Positions 61,705 to 64,000 of a stretch of 64,000 bases of DNA are shown in pieces; within the stretch, counting starts at the first letter, position 1, and each line of letters starts with the position of its first letter. Position numbers and translations under genes: made by a program. The DNA lies in the NCBI GenBank assembly GCA_047602425.1, contig JASGHG010000001.1, positions 1,664,001 through 1,728,000 on the forward strand, given 5' to 3'. Source of the DNA: Nibricoccus sp. Lineage in GTDB: Bacteria; Verrucomicrobiota; Verrucomicrobiia; Opitutales; Opitutaceae. The notes beneath the pieces are model-generated. The model was not told the origin of the DNA and did no database searches. It saw only the letters and a program-made list of their open reading frames with translations.

Positions 61705-62811
61705 ATGAAAAATATCCTCGTTTTAACCCTGCTCTTTTTAGCTCCGTTTGTTGGTTTATGTCAAAAACCCACACCGGAGGACGAAAAAGCCCTTCTCGAA
61801 ACCGAATACGCCTGGTGCCAGGCATACCTGAAAGCGGATACCGCCGCGCTGGCGGACATCGAGCTCGACGGTTACACCTTGATCGAGCCTAACGGCAGCA
61901 CGACCACCAAAGCCCAGGAAATCGAAGACCTAAAATCCGGTGCCATCCGCTTTCTCGCGCTGAGTTCGCACGAACTCTCCGTGCGCGTCTATGGTGATAC
62001 CGGTATCGTGACGGGCCGCACTGTATTGAAAGCCATCGAGGACAACGAACCCCACGATGGCATTTTTCAATTCACCGACACTTTCGTCCGCAAGGATGGA
62101 CGCTGGCGCGTCGCCGCCGAACAGGTCACTCGGCTCGCTTCCACCGCTTCGTATTCGACCGAACCAATGCCCAGAGAGGGCGGCTGGGTAAAGCGCCACG
62201 AAGGATTCGTGGAGATCGCAAAAAAAGGCGGCATCGATGTACTCTTTCTTGGCGACTCGATCACCGACAACTGGCGCAAATCCGACTACGGCTTGTCCGT
62301 CTGGGAGAAAAACTTCGCCCCGCTCCGCGCCGCCAACTTCGGCATCAGCGGCGATCGCACGCAACATGTTCTCTGGCGCATGCAGAACGGCGAACTCACC
62401 GGTTACAAACCCCGCGCGGTCGTCCTCATGATCGGCACCAACAACACCGGCTTCGAACGCGACAAACTCACTCCACGCAATAGCACGGAGGAGGTCGTCG
62501 AAGGCGTAACCGCCATTGTCAAAGGGCTGACAACCCAGTGGCCTGAGACAAAAATCCTTTTCCTGGCCATCTTTCCTCGCGGCGAAAAATCCGACGATCT
62601 CGCCCGCCTGCAGGTCAACGATGTCAATCGCGCCCTTGCCAAGCTGCATGACGGAAAGCGCGTCTTTTTCCTCGATATCGGTTCCAAGTTTCTTGCTGCG
62701 GACGGAACCCTGCCCAAGGAAATCATGCCGGACTTTCTTCATCCCTCGACCAAGGGCTACGAAATCTGGGCCGAGGCCATCAAGCAACCTCTCGCCGAGC
62801 TGCTTAAATAA
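61705..62811 (+). CDS. DUF4440 (NTF2-like) + SGNH/GDSL esterase fusion
   Basis: NTF2-like VRVYGDTGIV...FTDTFVRKDGRW; SGNH blocks GDSIT, GISGDRT, GTNN, DFLHP. Confidence 0.88.
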   Translation: MKNILVLTLLFLAPFVGLCQKPTPEDEKALLETEYAWCQAYLKADTAALADIELDGYTLIEPNGSTTTKAQEIEDLKSGAIRFLALSSHELSVRVYGDTGIVTGRTVLKAIEDNEPHDGIFQFTDTFVRKDGRWRVAAEQVTRLASTASYSTEPMPREGGWVKRHEGFVEIAKKGGIDVLFLGDSITDNWRKSDYGLSVWEKNFAPLRAANFGISGDRTQHVLWRMQNGELTGYKPRAVVLMIGTNNTGFERDKLTPRNSTEEVVEGVTAIVKGLTTQWPETKILFLAIFPRGEKSDDLARLQVNDVNRALAKLHDGKRVFFLDIGSKFLAADGTLPKEIMPDFLHPSTKGYEIWAEAIKQPLAELLK

Positions 62812-63354
62812 CCGTCCGCAAGAACCATTCTGTCGATCAAGGGCCTTATAGGCAGCCGTTTCAACGTTCAGTCGCGCCTTGGAAGAGCGCGGCTGAACGT
62901 GTTCTGCCTCAGTCAGCGCCCCGTAAAGATGGGGCGTCATCGACGAAATCGCCTCAGCTCTTCTTCTCCGCTTTGGCGAGTTTGTCGGTTTTTGCCGGTT
63001 TATCCTTCGGGTGTTTGAGCGGGATAACCGCCAACCCTTCCTAGCCAATCCCGCCAAGACGTGTCAATCCGTTGGCGAAATCATCGCTATCTCCAAAATA
63101 CCGTCGTCAATGCAGGGCAATGCTCGAAATTGTACGTAACGGCCGGGCTGACTGTAATCCCCGGATGGTTGCACAACGATGTGACCAACGAGTGGCTCGG
63201 CTTGCCGTCACTGGACACCACTCTGTGCGTCTGTAACCCCGTCGCTTGCAAACGCCAGTATTCCCCAGATCCCTCCATTCTCTGCGATACCCGAGTGCCG
63301 TCTTCGTCGTCCTTTAAGCGCAGGTCTTCAACCCCAGCAAAAAAAGCGTTCTCT

Positions 63355-64000
63355 ATGATTCCCCTCTTTTTCGGCCTCCGCCGAGCCATTCCTTTCTGGA
63401 GCTTCACTGCGGTTCTTTTTTTCGCCAGCGCGTTTTTCTCATTCGCTGCGGGCCGAAACGAACTCGATCTTTCCGGACCAGGCTGGAGCTTGTGGCTCGA
63501 CCGCGAGGCCAACTGGCAGAGCGACCAGCTGTTTTTTCCCGTCCCAGCGATCAATACCTTGCCGGTCAATCCACCCACTGGCGGTTGGGATGCACTATCG
63601 GCGGCGAAAGCCGTGCCCGTGTCGGTGCCCGGCACAGTGGAAGAATATCTTCAAAAAACTCCCGGCCCTGACGGGGACATTGTTGGCGTTAGCTGGTGGT
63701 TTCGTAAATTCGACGTGCCGGTCCGCTTCCGGACCGCGTCGCGTCTTGCTCCGTTTCGAATCCATGCGCCAACGCGCCGAGATCTTCGTGAATCGCCAAC
63801 TCGTCGGCTACGACGTCGTTGGACACAGTCCCATGGAGGTGGATATTTCCTCGGTGGTGCAATCGGGACAAACCTGCGAACTGGCCGTGCGCATCACCGA
63901 CCCGGCGGGCAACTTCGATTGGCGCGATTCCTCGCCGATGAACTGGGGCAATTACGCTTTACCGATGAGCCATGGTTTCGGTGGCATCACCGGCCGCGTG
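63355..64000 (+). CDS. GH2-like glycoside hydrolase N-terminal region, runs off the window, frameshifted near 63721
   Basis: Not in the ORF track. Signal peptide, DLSG.GW, VSVPG, GVSWWFRKF; then in the next frame LLRFESMRQRAEIFVN...ELAVRIT...FGGITGRV. Confidence 0.75.
   Translation, partial: MIPLFFGLRRAIPFWSFTAVLFFASAFFSFAAGRNELDLSGPGWSLWLDREANWQSDQLFFPVPAINTLPVNPPTGGWDALSAAKAVPVSVPGTVEEYLQKTPGPDGDIVGVSWWFRKFDVPVRFRTASRLAPFRIHAPTRRDLRESPTRRLRRRWTQSHGGGYFLGGAIGTNLRTGRAHHRPGGQLRLARFLADELGQLRFTDEPWFRWHHRPR

Noticed and set aside
63087..63635. 182-aa minus-strand ORF
   Set aside because: It is antisense to the GH2-like gene start and has no recognisable features.

Overview
GC-rich bacterial chromosome segment. 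Gene content, Shine-Dalgarno-poor C/A-rich leaders and protein families suggest Verrucomicrobiota, probably Opitutaceae (inference). Housekeeping genes (rplM-rpsI, tal, purE, purL, carA, kdsB, ptsH, a CCA-type nucleotidyltransferase, an ECF sigma factor) are mixed with a pectin/plant-glycan degradation set. That set comprises a 2009-aa multidomain CE8+PL1 protein beside a propeller-type two-component system, a GH53 galactanase, GH20-like and GH2-like hydrolases, a sulfatase, a TonB-dependent receptor, and a 7-gene cluster of small secreted PL1/CE8 enzymes. Main leads: (1) uncharacterised all-helical partner proteins found with small, unanchored secreted CAZymes at two separate loci, a candidate folding/export/tethering system; (2) two related palindromic DNA elements inserted in frame in purL; (3) a shared GU-rich + UCAUGUGG + hairpin non-coding element upstream of two genes; (4) PL1 enzymes with altered catalytic motifs and a HutI homologue lacking two metal ligands. 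Four genes carry a frameshift or premature stop and may be assembly errors. I found no rRNA, tRNA, CRISPR array or transposase.
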